Assembly (NCBI GenBank): GCA_964631735.1
Contig: CAZVZV010000230.1
Coordinates: 1 to 60,749 of the forward strand
Length of the DNA: 60,749 nucleotides
Reading direction: 5' to 3'
From: an uncultured Enterobacteriaceae bacterium
Lineage (GTDB): Bacteria; Pseudomonadota; Gammaproteobacteria; Burkholderiales; SG8-39
Shown here: positions 20,010 to 28,771 of the stretch, piece after piece
Layout of the letters: the number at the start of each line of letters is the position of its first letter
Numbering within the stretch: position 1 is the first letter of the stretch
Position numbers and translations under genes: made by a program
Notes under the pieces: model-generated
Seen by the model: the letters and a program-made list of their open reading frames with translations, nothing else
What the model was told of the DNA's origin: nothing
Databases searched by the model: none

Positions 20010-20749
20010 GCACCCTGCTCTTCCTGCATGGCGTGGGCGGCGGGCGCGCCGCGTGGGACCGGCAAGTCCCCTACTTTTCCGCTCTGGGTCATCGTTCGCA
20101 CGCGTGGGACCAGCCGGGTTACGGCGGCACCTCCCTGATCGACCCCTACGACCTGGAACAGGTCGCCGGTGCCCTGCGCCGGCTGATCGAGTCGCTCGGC
20201 GGCGAGCCGGTGGTGCTGATCGGGCACAGCATGGGCGGATTCATCGCTCAGGAGGCCTGCGTGCGCTTCCCGCAGTTGGTCAAGGCCCTCGTGCTCGGCT
20301 TCACCAGCCCGTCGTTTGGTGGCGGCAGCCAGGAGTTCGTCGACAAGTTCATCGCCGCGCGCATCGCACCCCTCGACGCGGGACACAGCATGGCCGACAT
20401 CGCGGCAAAGCTGATGCCGACGCTGCGCGGCTCGAAGTCGCTGCCCGAGGGACTGGTGCAAGCCGAGCGCATCATGGGCGCCATCGCGCCAGCCACTTAC
20501 CGGAAGGCGGTGCAACTGCTCACCACATTCGACCGGCGCGCCCAGTTGCCTTTGATCGGTGCGCCGGCGCTGCTGATCGCCGGCAGTGACGACAGCGTGG
20601 CGCCCGCGAACGTCATGCAACGCATGGCGCAGAAGATCCCGGGCGCCGAGTTCGTCCTGCTCGAAGGCTGCGGGCATCTCGGCCCGATGGACCAGCCGGA
20701 CGCGTTCAACGAGGCGCTGCGCGACTTCCTCGAACGCCGCAAACTCTGA
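20006..20749 (+). CDS. alpha/beta-fold hydrolase (NicD-like position)
   Basis: LLFLHGVGGG...LIGHSMGGFIAQ (nucleophile elbow)...GCGHLGPMDQP. TTG 20006 overlaps the upstream stop (TTGA). Confidence 0.8.
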   Translation: MSTLLFLHGVGGGRAAWDRQVPYFSALGHRSHAWDQPGYGGTSLIDPYDLEQVAGALRRLIESLGGEPVVLIGHSMGGFIAQEACVRFPQLVKALVLGFTSPSFGGGSQEFVDKFIAARIAPLDAGHSMADIAAKLMPTLRGSKSLPEGLVQAERIMGAIAPATYRKAVQLLTTFDRRAQLPLIGAPALLIAGSDDSVAPANVMQRMAQKIPGAEFVLLEGCGHLGPMDQPDAFNEALRDFLERRKL

Positions 20750-20750
20750 G

Positions 20751-21989
20751 ATGACCGACCCGCGCTACGACGTCACAGGCTCCAACTATCCGTTGAACGG
20801 CAAGCAGCGGGCGCTGATCGCGCTCGCAGACGAGCTCGGGCCGCGCTTCGCCGCACGCGCGGAGCGCTACGACCGCGAGGCGAGTTTTCCCTTCGAGAAC
20901 TATGCCGACCTGCGCGCGGCGGGGCTGCTCGGCCTGTGCGTGCCGGAGAAATTCGGCGGCCAAGGCGCCGACCTTCGCACCTATGCCCTGGTATCGGCCA
21001 CGCTCGGCAAATACTGCGGCGCGACCGCCCTCACCTTCAACATGCATGCGTGCTCGACGCTGTGGCCCGGCGTGCTTGCCGACGACCTGGACATGACGCG
21101 CGAGCAGCGCGCCGAGCACGAGCGGCACCGCGCGCTGCATTTCGAGCGCGTGGTGAGCCAGGGTGCCGTGTACGCACAGCCATTTTCGGAAGGCAGTGCA
21201 GCCGCCGCCGGCAGGGCGCCATTCGGCACCACCGCCGCCAAGGTGGAGGGCGGCTGGCTGGTGAACGGCAAGAAGATCTTCGCATCGCTTGCCGGCGCGG
21301 CCGACTACTACGGCGTGCTGTGCACGGAAGACAAGCCGGAACTGTCGATGCGCGACACGCTGTACCTGGCGATACCCGGCAAGGCCCCTGGTCTCGAGGT
21401 CAGCGGAGACTGGGACCCCCTCGGCATGCGCGGCACGGTGTCGCGCACCCTCGTGTTCAAGGACGTCTTCGTGCCGGACGAGGCAGCGATGATGCCGCGC
21501 GGCATCTACTTCCAGGCAGCGAGCCGGTGGCCGCACATGTTCACCACCCTCTCCCCGACTTACATGGGCATCGCCATCGCGGCCCACGAGTTCACGGTGC
21601 GCTACTTGCGCGGAGAAGTGCCCGGCATGCCGCCGGTCAAGCGCCGTATGTATCCCACCAAGCAGATCGCTGTGGCCGAGATGTGGATCAAGCTCGAGCA
21701 GACGCGCGCCCTGTTCCTGCGCATGCTGGAGGACGCGCGCGTCGATCCGCCCAAGGATGCGCGCCTGCGCGCCTACGCGGCGCAGTACACGATCATGGAG
21801 AACTCCAACGACATCTGCCGCCTTGCGATCCGCACCTGCGGCGGGCAGTCGATGCTCAAGTCCCTGCCGCTGGAACGCCTGTATCGCGATTCGCGCTGTG
21901 GCGCGCTGATGCTGCCCTGGACCGCCGAGCTGTGCCTGGACCGCATCGGCCGCGAAGCCCTGTACGAACCCGGGGAGGCCGACGACTGA
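20751..21989 (+). CDS. acyl-CoA dehydrogenase family protein
   Basis: 412 aa. ...FENYADLRAAGLLGLCVPEKFGGQGADL...DWDPLGMRGTVSRTLVF...RTCGGQSMLKSLPLERLYRD. Confidence 0.85.
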   Translation: MTDPRYDVTGSNYPLNGKQRALIALADELGPRFAARAERYDREASFPFENYADLRAAGLLGLCVPEKFGGQGADLRTYALVSATLGKYCGATALTFNMHACSTLWPGVLADDLDMTREQRAEHERHRALHFERVVSQGAVYAQPFSEGSAAAAGRAPFGTTAAKVEGGWLVNGKKIFASLAGAADYYGVLCTEDKPELSMRDTLYLAIPGKAPGLEVSGDWDPLGMRGTVSRTLVFKDVFVPDEAAMMPRGIYFQAASRWPHMFTTLSPTYMGIAIAAHEFTVRYLRGEVPGMPPVKRRMYPTKQIAVAEMWIKLEQTRALFLRMLEDARVDPPKDARLRAYAAQYTIMENSNDICRLAIRTCGGQSMLKSLPLERLYRDSRCGALMLPWTAELCLDRIGREALYEPGEADD

Positions 21990-23386
21990 ATATTTCGCGC
22001 TTCATCGAGCGCCGGGCTCAGCAGACGCCTGACATGTTTGCGCTCCGTTTCCAGGAGCGCGACTGGAACTACGCAGATTTCTGGCAGCGCATCGAGCTTG
22101 CGACGCGCGCGCTCGCCGCGGGCAAGGGCGAGCGCATCGCCTGGCTTGGTTACAACCACCCGGACATGCTGGCGCTGCTGTTCGCGGCGGCCAGGCTGGG
22201 CGCCATCCTGGTACCGCTCAACTGGCGCCTCACGGCGGCCGAGCATGCGACGATCCTGCGCGACTGCGCGCCGCGCCTGCTGTACTGCGACGCTGCCTTC
22301 GAGCCGCAGGCCCGAGAACTGGGCGTTCCACTGGGCGACTGGCGCGACAGGGGCGAACCGCTCCTGGCAGGCGCAGAGGAAGACGACGTGCTGATCGTGT
22401 ATACCTCAGGCACCACTGGGACTCCCAAGGGGGCGGTGTTGACGCAACGCGCGCTGCTGTCGAATGGCGCCAACTCGATCCATGCCCACGAGATGACGCA
22501 GAACGACCACGTGCTGACCGCCCTGCCGCTGTTCCACGTTGGCGGTTTGAACATTCAGACGCTGCCGGCGCTGCTGGCGGGCGCCAGGGTGACGCTGCAT
22601 CCACGGTTCGAGGCAGGAGCCTGGTTGCACGGCGTCGCGGCGCTCCGCCCGACGCTCAGTCTCCTTGTCCCTGCGACCATCGCGGCCGTCATCGGCCATC
22701 AGGACTGGACGAGGACCGACCTGTCTAGCCTGCGCTTGCTCAATACCGGGTCCATGGCGGTGCCAGCAAGCCTGATCGAAGCCTTTCATGCCCGGGGCAT
22801 TCCGGTAGGCCAGATCTACGGATCGACCGAAACGGCGCCCATTGCGACGGTGCTGCGGCGGGAAGACGCAATGCGCAAACCGGGTAGCGCGGGAAAACCT
22901 GCCCTGCACTGCGAGGTCAAGCTGGTGCAAGGCGAGGTCTGGGTGCGCGGACCGAATGTGATGCGCGGTTACTGGAACGATGCCGCAGCGACTGCAGCGG
23001 CACTGACGCCGGAGGGTTGGTTCAGAACGGGCGACCTGGCGCGCGTCGACGACGAGGGCTACTACTGGATCATGGGCAGGTCGAAGGACCTGATCATCTC
23101 CGGCGGCGAGAACGTGTATCCGGCCGAACTGGAGAACGTGCTGGCCGACTGCCCGCTGATCGCCGAGGCGGCAGTGGTCGGGATGGAGGACGCGAAGTGG
23201 GGAGAAGCGGCGTGCGCCGTAGTGGTGCGCAAGCCGGGCGCCAAGCTGGATGAGGCTGCCGTGCTCGCCCTGTTCGAGGATCGGCTCGCGCGTTTCAAGC
23301 ACCCTCGGCGCATCTTGTTCGTCGACCGGCTGCCGAAGAACGCGCTCGGCAAGGTGCAGAAAAACGAGCTGCGCAAACTTCTCTAG
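21986..23386 (+). CDS. AMP-dependent acyl-CoA synthetase/ligase
   Basis: AMP-binding motif LIVYTSGTTGTPKGAVLT; also GYWN, TGDLARVDDEGYYWIMGRSKDLIISGGENVYP, and a terminal ...GKVQKNELR. Start uncertain: no ATG/GTG/TTG lies before the conserved N-terminus, so CTG 21986 is assumed. ATG 22034 is the alternative. Confidence 0.8.
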   Translation: MNISRFIERRAQQTPDMFALRFQERDWNYADFWQRIELATRALAAGKGERIAWLGYNHPDMLALLFAAARLGAILVPLNWRLTAAEHATILRDCAPRLLYCDAAFEPQARELGVPLGDWRDRGEPLLAGAEEDDVLIVYTSGTTGTPKGAVLTQRALLSNGANSIHAHEMTQNDHVLTALPLFHVGGLNIQTLPALLAGARVTLHPRFEAGAWLHGVAALRPTLSLLVPATIAAVIGHQDWTRTDLSSLRLLNTGSMAVPASLIEAFHARGIPVGQIYGSTETAPIATVLRREDAMRKPGSAGKPALHCEVKLVQGEVWVRGPNVMRGYWNDAAATAAALTPEGWFRTGDLARVDDEGYYWIMGRSKDLIISGGENVYPAELENVLADCPLIAEAAVVGMEDAKWGEAACAVVVRKPGAKLDEAAVLALFEDRLARFKHPRRILFVDRLPKNALGKVQKNELRKLL

Positions 23387-23389
23387 GAC

Positions 23390-24196
23390 TTATTCCACCG
23401 CCAGCTCGATCGCGCCGAGCGCGCCTGCCTCGAACTTCAACCGGTCGCCGGCGCGGGGAAATTTGGACGTCACCAGGCTGCCGGTGATCACCACGTCGCC
23501 TTTGCGCAGAAATCGGCCCCTGCCCGCGAGGTGATTCGCCACCCAGGCCAGCGCGGCGAGGGGGTGCCCCATCGCGTCACCACCCGTCCCCTCCCCCACG
23601 ACCTGACCGTTGATGCTCGCCACGCCGCGAATGGCTGCGAGGTCGATGCCTCGCCAGTCGTCGATCGGCGTCCCCAGCACTGCACCTTCGTTCCACGCAT
23701 TGTCGGCCGCCAGTTCCAGCCCGCGAGTGGCGAGCGTCGAATAGTCCGCACCCAGGTCGTCGGCCAGTTCAAACGCCGGCATCACGGAACCCACGGCCGA
23801 AACCACTTGTTCTCTCGAATACGGCGCGGCAAGCAAGGGAAGGTCCGCGCGCATGCGCACCGCGATCTCGAATTCGACCAGCAGCCGCCCGTAGTCCGCC
23901 GCCCGCACCGTGGCCGGAGCGCGCACCACCTGACGCGCATGGAGGCAACCGGCGATCGAATCCTGCAGGCCGACAAGCTTGCGCATCTGCGGCGTGGTCA
24001 GCGCAATCTTGTATCCCGCGATGGGTCCGCAGACACGGGCCTTCAGGGCGGCAAACGCGTCCTGGATGGCGTAGGCCTCTTCGATGCTGCGCGGCGCAAG
24101 CGCCGCAGGCGGCGGCTCGGAGCGGCCCCTGGCCAGATGCCGGTTCACCAGCCAGCGCGCCGCGCCGAGGATGCGTTGGTCACCGACAGTGGCCAT
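23390..24196 (-). CDS. 2-keto-4-pentenoate hydratase / FAH-family hydratase-decarboxylase
   Basis: ...IEEAYAIQDAF...GYKIALTTPQMRK...FEIAVRM...LELADD...NAWNEGAVLG...GDVVITGSL is an MhpD-like pattern. Confidence 0.75.
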   Translation of the reverse strand: MATVGDQRILGAARWLVNRHLARGRSEPPPAALAPRSIEEAYAIQDAFAALKARVCGPIAGYKIALTTPQMRKLVGLQDSIAGCLHARQVVRAPATVRAADYGRLLVEFEIAVRMRADLPLLAAPYSREQVVSAVGSVMPAFELADDLGADYSTLATRGLELAADNAWNEGAVLGTPIDDWRGIDLAAIRGVASINGQVVGEGTGGDAMGHPLAALAWVANHLAGRGRFLRKGDVVITGSLVTSKFPRAGDRLKFEAGALGAIELAVE

Positions 24197-24263
24197 GCCG
24201 CGATTCTAGCTGTTGCCGTCGGCCCCGGCTTTGCAGACAATAGGCGCCGGGAACTCAAAGAAA

Positions 24264-24638
24264 ATGCCGCTCGCCCACCATCTTTACGGCACCGCACTGG
24301 TGCTCTCGCCTGCGGGCCGCCTGGACCACGACAACTGCGAGACATTTCGCGAGGAACTCGCGCCGCACCTGGAGCGCGCGGCCAAGGATGGCACGCCGAT
24401 CGTGCTCGACCTGTCGGGCCTGGAGTACGTTTCGAGTGCCGGACTGCGCTGCTTCATGCTGGCGGCGAAGCAAGCCAAGGCGCAGAACAGCCGCATCATC
24501 ATCGCCTCCATGCAGCCGGTGGTAGCCGAGATTTTCCAGATCGCGCGCTTCAACCTGGTGTTCGAGGCCTACCCGAAAGTGCGCGACGCGCTCGCCTCGC
24601 TCTCGCCAGCCGCGGCCGCTGCCTTCGACCGGGGCTAG
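24264..24638 (+). CDS. STAS-domain anti-sigma-factor antagonist (RsbV/SpoIIAA-like)
   Basis: ...LVLSPAGRLDHDNCETFREEL...IVLDLSGLEYVSSAGLRCFMLAAK contains the conserved phosphorylatable Ser context (DLSGLEYVSSAGL). Confidence 0.8.
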   Translation: MPLAHHLYGTALVLSPAGRLDHDNCETFREELAPHLERAAKDGTPIVLDLSGLEYVSSAGLRCFMLAAKQAKAQNSRIIIASMQPVVAEIFQIARFNLVFEAYPKVRDALASLSPAAAAAFDRG

Positions 24639-24643
24639 CGCGG

Positions 24644-25600
24644 GTGCGCGTCCGCTTCTGGGGCACCCGCGGTTCGATTCCCGTCGCGCTTACTGCCGCC
24701 GACATCCGCGACAAGATCGCCGTGGCGCTGATGCGGGCCGGGGGACGCAGTTTCGAGTCGATCGGCGCGGCTTATGCCTACGCCGAGCAGCACCTCGACT
24801 TTTCCTTGTCGCACACCTTCGGCGGCCATTCGGCCTGCGTCGAACTGGCAACCGGTCACGAGGAGTACTTCGTCTGCGACATGGGCAGCGGCGCGCGCCC
24901 GTTCGGCGCACACGTGCTCGCGCGCCAGTCAGGCAGGCCGGCGACGGTCAATGTGTTCATGTCGCACGTGCACTGGGACCACATCATGGGTTTCCCGTTT
25001 TTCGGTCCGGCCTATGTGCCGGGCACGCGCATCCGCATCCACGGCTGCCACGACGTGCTGGAGCACGCCTTCCGCCTGCAGCAGGCCCCGCCCTGTTTCC
25101 CGGTGGAGTTCTCGCAATTGTCCGCGGACATCGAGTTCATTCGGCTCACGCCCGGCAAGGCGCATGAGGTCTCCGGCATCCGCGTGACGCCTGCGCCGCA
25201 GATGCATTCCGGCGACTCCTTTGGTTATCGCTTCGAGACGCCGGGCAAGTCCTTCGTCTACACCACCGATTCGGAGCACAAGCTGGAGAACCGCGCGCAG
25301 ACCGCGCGGTTCGTCAAATTCTTCCATGAAGCCGACGTCGTGGTGTTCGATGCCATGTATTCGCTCGCCGACGCAATCTCGGTGAAGGCCGACTGGGGAC
25401 ATTCGAGCAACATCATCGGCGTCGAGCTGTGCCAGATGGCACGCGTCAAGCACCTGGTGCTGTTCCACCACGAGCCGGCCTACGACGACGCCACCATCGA
25501 GGGCGTGCTGCGGGAGACGCGCCGCCTGGAGGAGCTGACACGGGGCACGCAAGCGCTGCAGGTTTCCGCCGCCTATGACGGCCTGGAGATCGACGTCTGA
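24644..25600 (+). CDS. MBL-fold metallo-hydrolase
   Basis: VRFWGTRGSIP...FMSHVHWDHIMGFPFF (HxHxDH)...HSGDSFGYR...LFHHEP. GTG start lies 5 nt after the STAS stop. The long upstream extension of the ORF (from 23531) was rejected. Confidence 0.8.
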   Translation: MRVRFWGTRGSIPVALTAADIRDKIAVALMRAGGRSFESIGAAYAYAEQHLDFSLSHTFGGHSACVELATGHEEYFVCDMGSGARPFGAHVLARQSGRPATVNVFMSHVHWDHIMGFPFFGPAYVPGTRIRIHGCHDVLEHAFRLQQAPPCFPVEFSQLSADIEFIRLTPGKAHEVSGIRVTPAPQMHSGDSFGYRFETPGKSFVYTTDSEHKLENRAQTARFVKFFHEADVVVFDAMYSLADAISVKADWGHSSNIIGVELCQMARVKHLVLFHHEPAYDDATIEGVLRETRRLEELTRGTQALQVSAAYDGLEIDV

Positions 25601-25638
25601 GGTCCGTCTGGTCCAAGCGGGCAGCCCCGCTCGCCCTG

Positions 25639-27729
25639 GTGGTCGTATTGATGGCCTTGCTCGCGGCGGAGCCGCAGTTCGTGCAAGCGCTGCGCAATGC
25701 CCTGTTCGACGGCTACCAGATGCTGTTCCCGCGCGAACGGCGCAGCGCTCCGGCGCTGATCGTCGCGATCGACGAGTTGGCGCTGGAACGCCACGGTCAG
25801 TGGCCCTGGCCGCGCACCAGGATTGCGCAATTGATCGCCGGCATCGCTGCCGCCAAGCCGGCCGCCATCGGCCTGGACCTGCTGTTTGCGGAACGCGACC
25901 GCTTCTCGCCGGCCGAGGTGGCGCAGGAAGTGCAGGAAATGTCGGCCGACGTGGCGCGCCGCCTGCGTTCCCTGCCGTCGAACGACGCGGCGCTGGCCGC
26001 GGCCATACAAGGCCGCAATGTCGTGCTGGGCATCGCCGGCCTGGAAGCGCCGCACCCGCGCTTCCCGCAGCCTCCTGCTGCCGCCCCGGTCCGCATCTTC
26101 GATGCGCCCGATCTCGCGCTGCGGCGATTCGCCGGACACCTCTCCAGCCTTCCGGTGATCGATCGCGCCGCCGCCGGCCGCGGCCTGCTCAGCGTCGACC
26201 CGGAGAGCAGCGTGATTCGGCGTGCCCTCGTCGCTGGGATGGTGGGCGATGTCATCGTGCCGGCGCTGAGCACCGAGATGCTGCGGGTGGCGACCGGCGC
26301 GCCGCTGTCCCTGGTCGGACGCAAGCGTGACCAGATCGAACTCCGCCTCGGCGACATCGCGGTGCCAGCGCATGCTGACGGCCGCTTCTGGATCTGGTAC
26401 GGGCCGCACGACGAGGGGCGATTCGTGTCCGCGGCGAAGGTGCTCGAGGGCAGCGTTGCCGCGGGCGAACTCGAGAGCAAGCTGGTGCTGGTCGGCGTCA
26501 CCGGCCTCGGCCTGCTCGATTACCAGAGCACCTCCCTCGGCGAGCGCGTGCCCGGGGTCGAGATCCATGCCCAGATCCTGGAGCAGATCTATGATCAGGC
26601 CTACCTGCGTCGCCCGGCCGTGCTGCACGCGCTGGAGATGGCGCTGCTCGCCGCCGCCGCACTGGTGCTCGCCTTCGGCGTACCCGCTCTCGGTGTCGCC
26701 GGCTCGATCGCGCTGTACGTGGCGGTGGTGGCCGCGCTGGGCGCACTGGGTGTCGAAGGGTTTGCGCGGGAAGGCATGCTGCTCGACGTGGCCTGGCCCG
26801 CGATCGGGGCCACGATCGTGTTCGGCATCGTGCTGGCGCAGGCATTGAGCGAGGCGGACGAACAGCGCCGGAGTCTGCGGGAACAAGCGGCGCGTGTGAC
26901 CGGTGAGCTGGAATCCGCCCGCCGCATCCAGATGGGCCTGCTGCCGGTGCCCGGCATTCTGTTCGCGCGCGAAACGCGCTTCGACATCGAGGCGCACCTG
27001 GAGCCCGCGCGCACGGTAGGCGGTGATTTCTACGATTGCTTCATGATCGACGCGCACCGGCTGTTCTTCATCGTTGCCGATGTGTCCGGCAAGGGCCTGC
27101 CGGCGAGCCTGTTCATGGCGCTGTCCAAGACCCTGCTGAAGAGCGCGGCGCGGCGCGCGGATGACGTCGGCGGCCTGCTGGTGCGGGCCAATGCCGAGGT
27201 GTCCAGCGAGAACCCGGAATCGCTGTTCATCACCGCTTTTGCCGGAATCCTGGACACGCGCACCGGCGTGCTCGAATTCAGCAATGCGGGGCATGAGCCG
27301 CCGTTCGCGCGGCGCCCGGGCGGCAGGCTGGCACGCCTGGAGCATTCGGGCGGGCCCCCGCTGTGCGTGGTGGAGAACTACGCCTATCCGGTGGAGTCCC
27401 ACCAGGTGACCGCCGGCGAATGGATCTGCGTGGTTACCGATGGCGTCACTGAAGCGATGAACGCAGCCGGGAAATTGTACGGCGTGGCCCGCCTGCACTC
27501 GGTCCTGCAGACACTGCCGGAACACATCGCGCCCGCCGCCCTGCTGTCCGCGGTGCGCGCCGACGTAGCGCGCTACGTCGGCGCTGCCGAACCCTCGGAC
27601 GACCTGACCCTGCTGTGCGTGCGCTGGAACGGCCGCGCCGCAGCGGCGCCCGGCGGCGAGGAATTAACGGACGCTGACCTCGACCCGCCGGTTGCGGGGC
27701 TCGGGGACTTCGTCGTCGGTCGGCACTAG
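25639..27729 (+). CDS. CHASE2 sensor domain - transmembrane - PP2C/SpoIIE serine phosphatase (RsbU-like)
   Basis: The N-terminal ~330 aa are CHASE2-like (IVAIDELALERHGQWPWPR...GLDLLFAE...D.DGV-type region). Then three TM helices, then RRIQMGLLP...GGDFYD...VADVSGKGLPASLFM...TDGVTEA...DDLTLLCVRW. The exact start is uncertain. Confidence 0.8.
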   Translation: MVVLMALLAAEPQFVQALRNALFDGYQMLFPRERRSAPALIVAIDELALERHGQWPWPRTRIAQLIAGIAAAKPAAIGLDLLFAERDRFSPAEVAQEVQEMSADVARRLRSLPSNDAALAAAIQGRNVVLGIAGLEAPHPRFPQPPAAAPVRIFDAPDLALRRFAGHLSSLPVIDRAAAGRGLLSVDPESSVIRRALVAGMVGDVIVPALSTEMLRVATGAPLSLVGRKRDQIELRLGDIAVPAHADGRFWIWYGPHDEGRFVSAAKVLEGSVAAGELESKLVLVGVTGLGLLDYQSTSLGERVPGVEIHAQILEQIYDQAYLRRPAVLHALEMALLAAAALVLAFGVPALGVAGSIALYVAVVAALGALGVEGFAREGMLLDVAWPAIGATIVFGIVLAQALSEADEQRRSLREQAARVTGELESARRIQMGLLPVPGILFARETRFDIEAHLEPARTVGGDFYDCFMIDAHRLFFIVADVSGKGLPASLFMALSKTLLKSAARRADDVGGLLVRANAEVSSENPESLFITAFAGILDTRTGVLEFSNAGHEPPFARRPGGRLARLEHSGGPPLCVVENYAYPVESHQVTAGEWICVVTDGVTEAMNAAGKLYGVARLHSVLQTLPEHIAPAALLSAVRADVARYVGAAEPSDDLTLLCVRWNGRAAAAPGGEELTDADLDPPVAGLGDFVVGRH

Positions 27730-28260
27730 CGGCTCGCGCTCACCGCGCCCCGCGATCTGGATGCGGCTCTGCGCGATGCCAAGCTGCACCAGCTCGGCGC
27801 GCACCCGCTCGGCACGCTGCAGGGAAAGCCGGTCGTTGAATTGCACGCTGCTGACGCGATCCGTGTGCCCGATCACCATCACGTCGGGCGCGCCGCGCTG
27901 GCGCAGCTCGGCCAGCATCAAGTCGAGTGCGACGCGCGATTCCGGCGTGAATTCGTCCTTGCCCTCGAGAAAATACAGCAGGAATGACTTGGGCCGCCCG
28001 GGCAGCGCAGCGAGCAGCGGGCCGAACTCCCGCTGCACTTCGGTTTCCGTCAGGCGTTGCGCCTGCGGCCCGCCGCCGTCCATGATGCGGCTTGCGGCAT
28101 AGGGCTGGTTGAGTACCGCCCGTTCGCCGGCGCGCTCAACCACCACCGTTCCCACCTTGTCGTCCAATCCCGGGAGCACCACCACCAGTTCGTCGCCTAC
28201 CTGGCCCTGGTGCGCATAGATCACGAGCGCCATCCCCAGCGCGGCGATCACGACCCCCAT
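27664..28260 (-). CDS. OmpA-like (peptidoglycan-associating) domain protein with N-terminal membrane anchor
   Basis: C-terminus ...VIGHTDRVSSVQFNDRLSLQRAERVRAELVQLGI...IAGRGEREPL...RNRRVEVSV. The start abuts the FecR-like stop. Confidence 0.8.
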   Translation of the reverse strand: MGVVIAALGMALVIYAHQGQVGDELVVVLPGLDDKVGTVVVERAGERAVLNQPYAASRIMDGGGPQAQRLTETEVQREFGPLLAALPGRPKSFLLYFLEGKDEFTPESRVALDLMLAELRQRGAPDVMVIGHTDRVSSVQFNDRLSLQRAERVRAELVQLGIAQSRIQIAGRGEREPLVPTDDEVPEPRNRRVEVSVR

Positions 28261-28713
28261 CTACTTTTTCGCCGGTTCGTCCACCTGCACGACGAACTCG
28301 GTGCCGCGCACGCCCATGACGGCGGCAGGCGTACGCACTTTCATCGCATCGGGGGACTGCTTGACCATCTTGCCTGACACTACGGCCAGGGTACCCTTCT
28401 TCAGCGAGGCATCGAAGTGGCCCGCGTGCGTGGTGCTGTCGAAGCTGTAGCGGTCTACCACCAGCACGCTGTTCGGGCCCGTGGACAAAAGGCTGTTGTC
28501 GCTGAAGGTCACTCCGACGGAGCCGTCGGCACCGGTAACCAGGGTGTCCGACTGGCGGATCGGCATGCCGACCGACGCTGGCATGAGCTTGCCGGCGCGT
28601 TCGACGTGCACAGTGCCTTTCGCGGTCTTGACCTGGCCGACGTCATTGGCCCATGACGTCCCTGTGACCACGAGGGCGGAAGCGATTGCCGCTGCTGCAA
28701 TGATTTGGCGCAT
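28261..28713 (-). CDS. exported FecR-domain protein
   Basis: Signal peptide MRQIIAAAAIASALVVTGTSWA, then VGQVKTAKGTVHVERAG...IRQSDTLVTGADGSVGVTFSDNSLLSTGPNS...VRGTEF. AGGAGG precedes the ATG. Confidence 0.75.
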   Translation of the reverse strand: MRQIIAAAAIASALVVTGTSWANDVGQVKTAKGTVHVERAGKLMPASVGMPIRQSDTLVTGADGSVGVTFSDNSLLSTGPNSVLVVDRYSFDSTTHAGHFDASLKKGTLAVVSGKMVKQSPDAMKVRTPAAVMGVRGTEFVVQVDEPAKK

Positions 28714-28771
28714 GGTTCCTCCTGCTGGTTTGCGAGGATTCTATAATGCGCCGGGGAGGACAGGGTACACA

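Noticed and set aside
20936-21985. N-terminal 350-codon extension of the CoA-ligase ORF overlapping the acyl-CoA dehydrogenase gene in another frame. Similar upstream extensions occur at 23531..24643, 35356..35544, 36237..36764, 36905..37138, 37284..38240 and 46593..47096.
   Set aside because: The extensions have no homology-like features and overlap well-supported genes. True starts were set where conserved N-termini begin.
25573-27525. 650-aa ORF antisense to the CHASE2-PP2C gene
   Set aside because: The + strand product has coherent CHASE2, TM and SpoIIE architecture. The antisense product has none.
28742-28747. Perfect TATAAT upstream of the RsbW-like gene
   Set aside because: No acceptable -35 lies at 16-18 nt spacing (TTGCGA is only 6 nt away). 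Not reported as a promoter.
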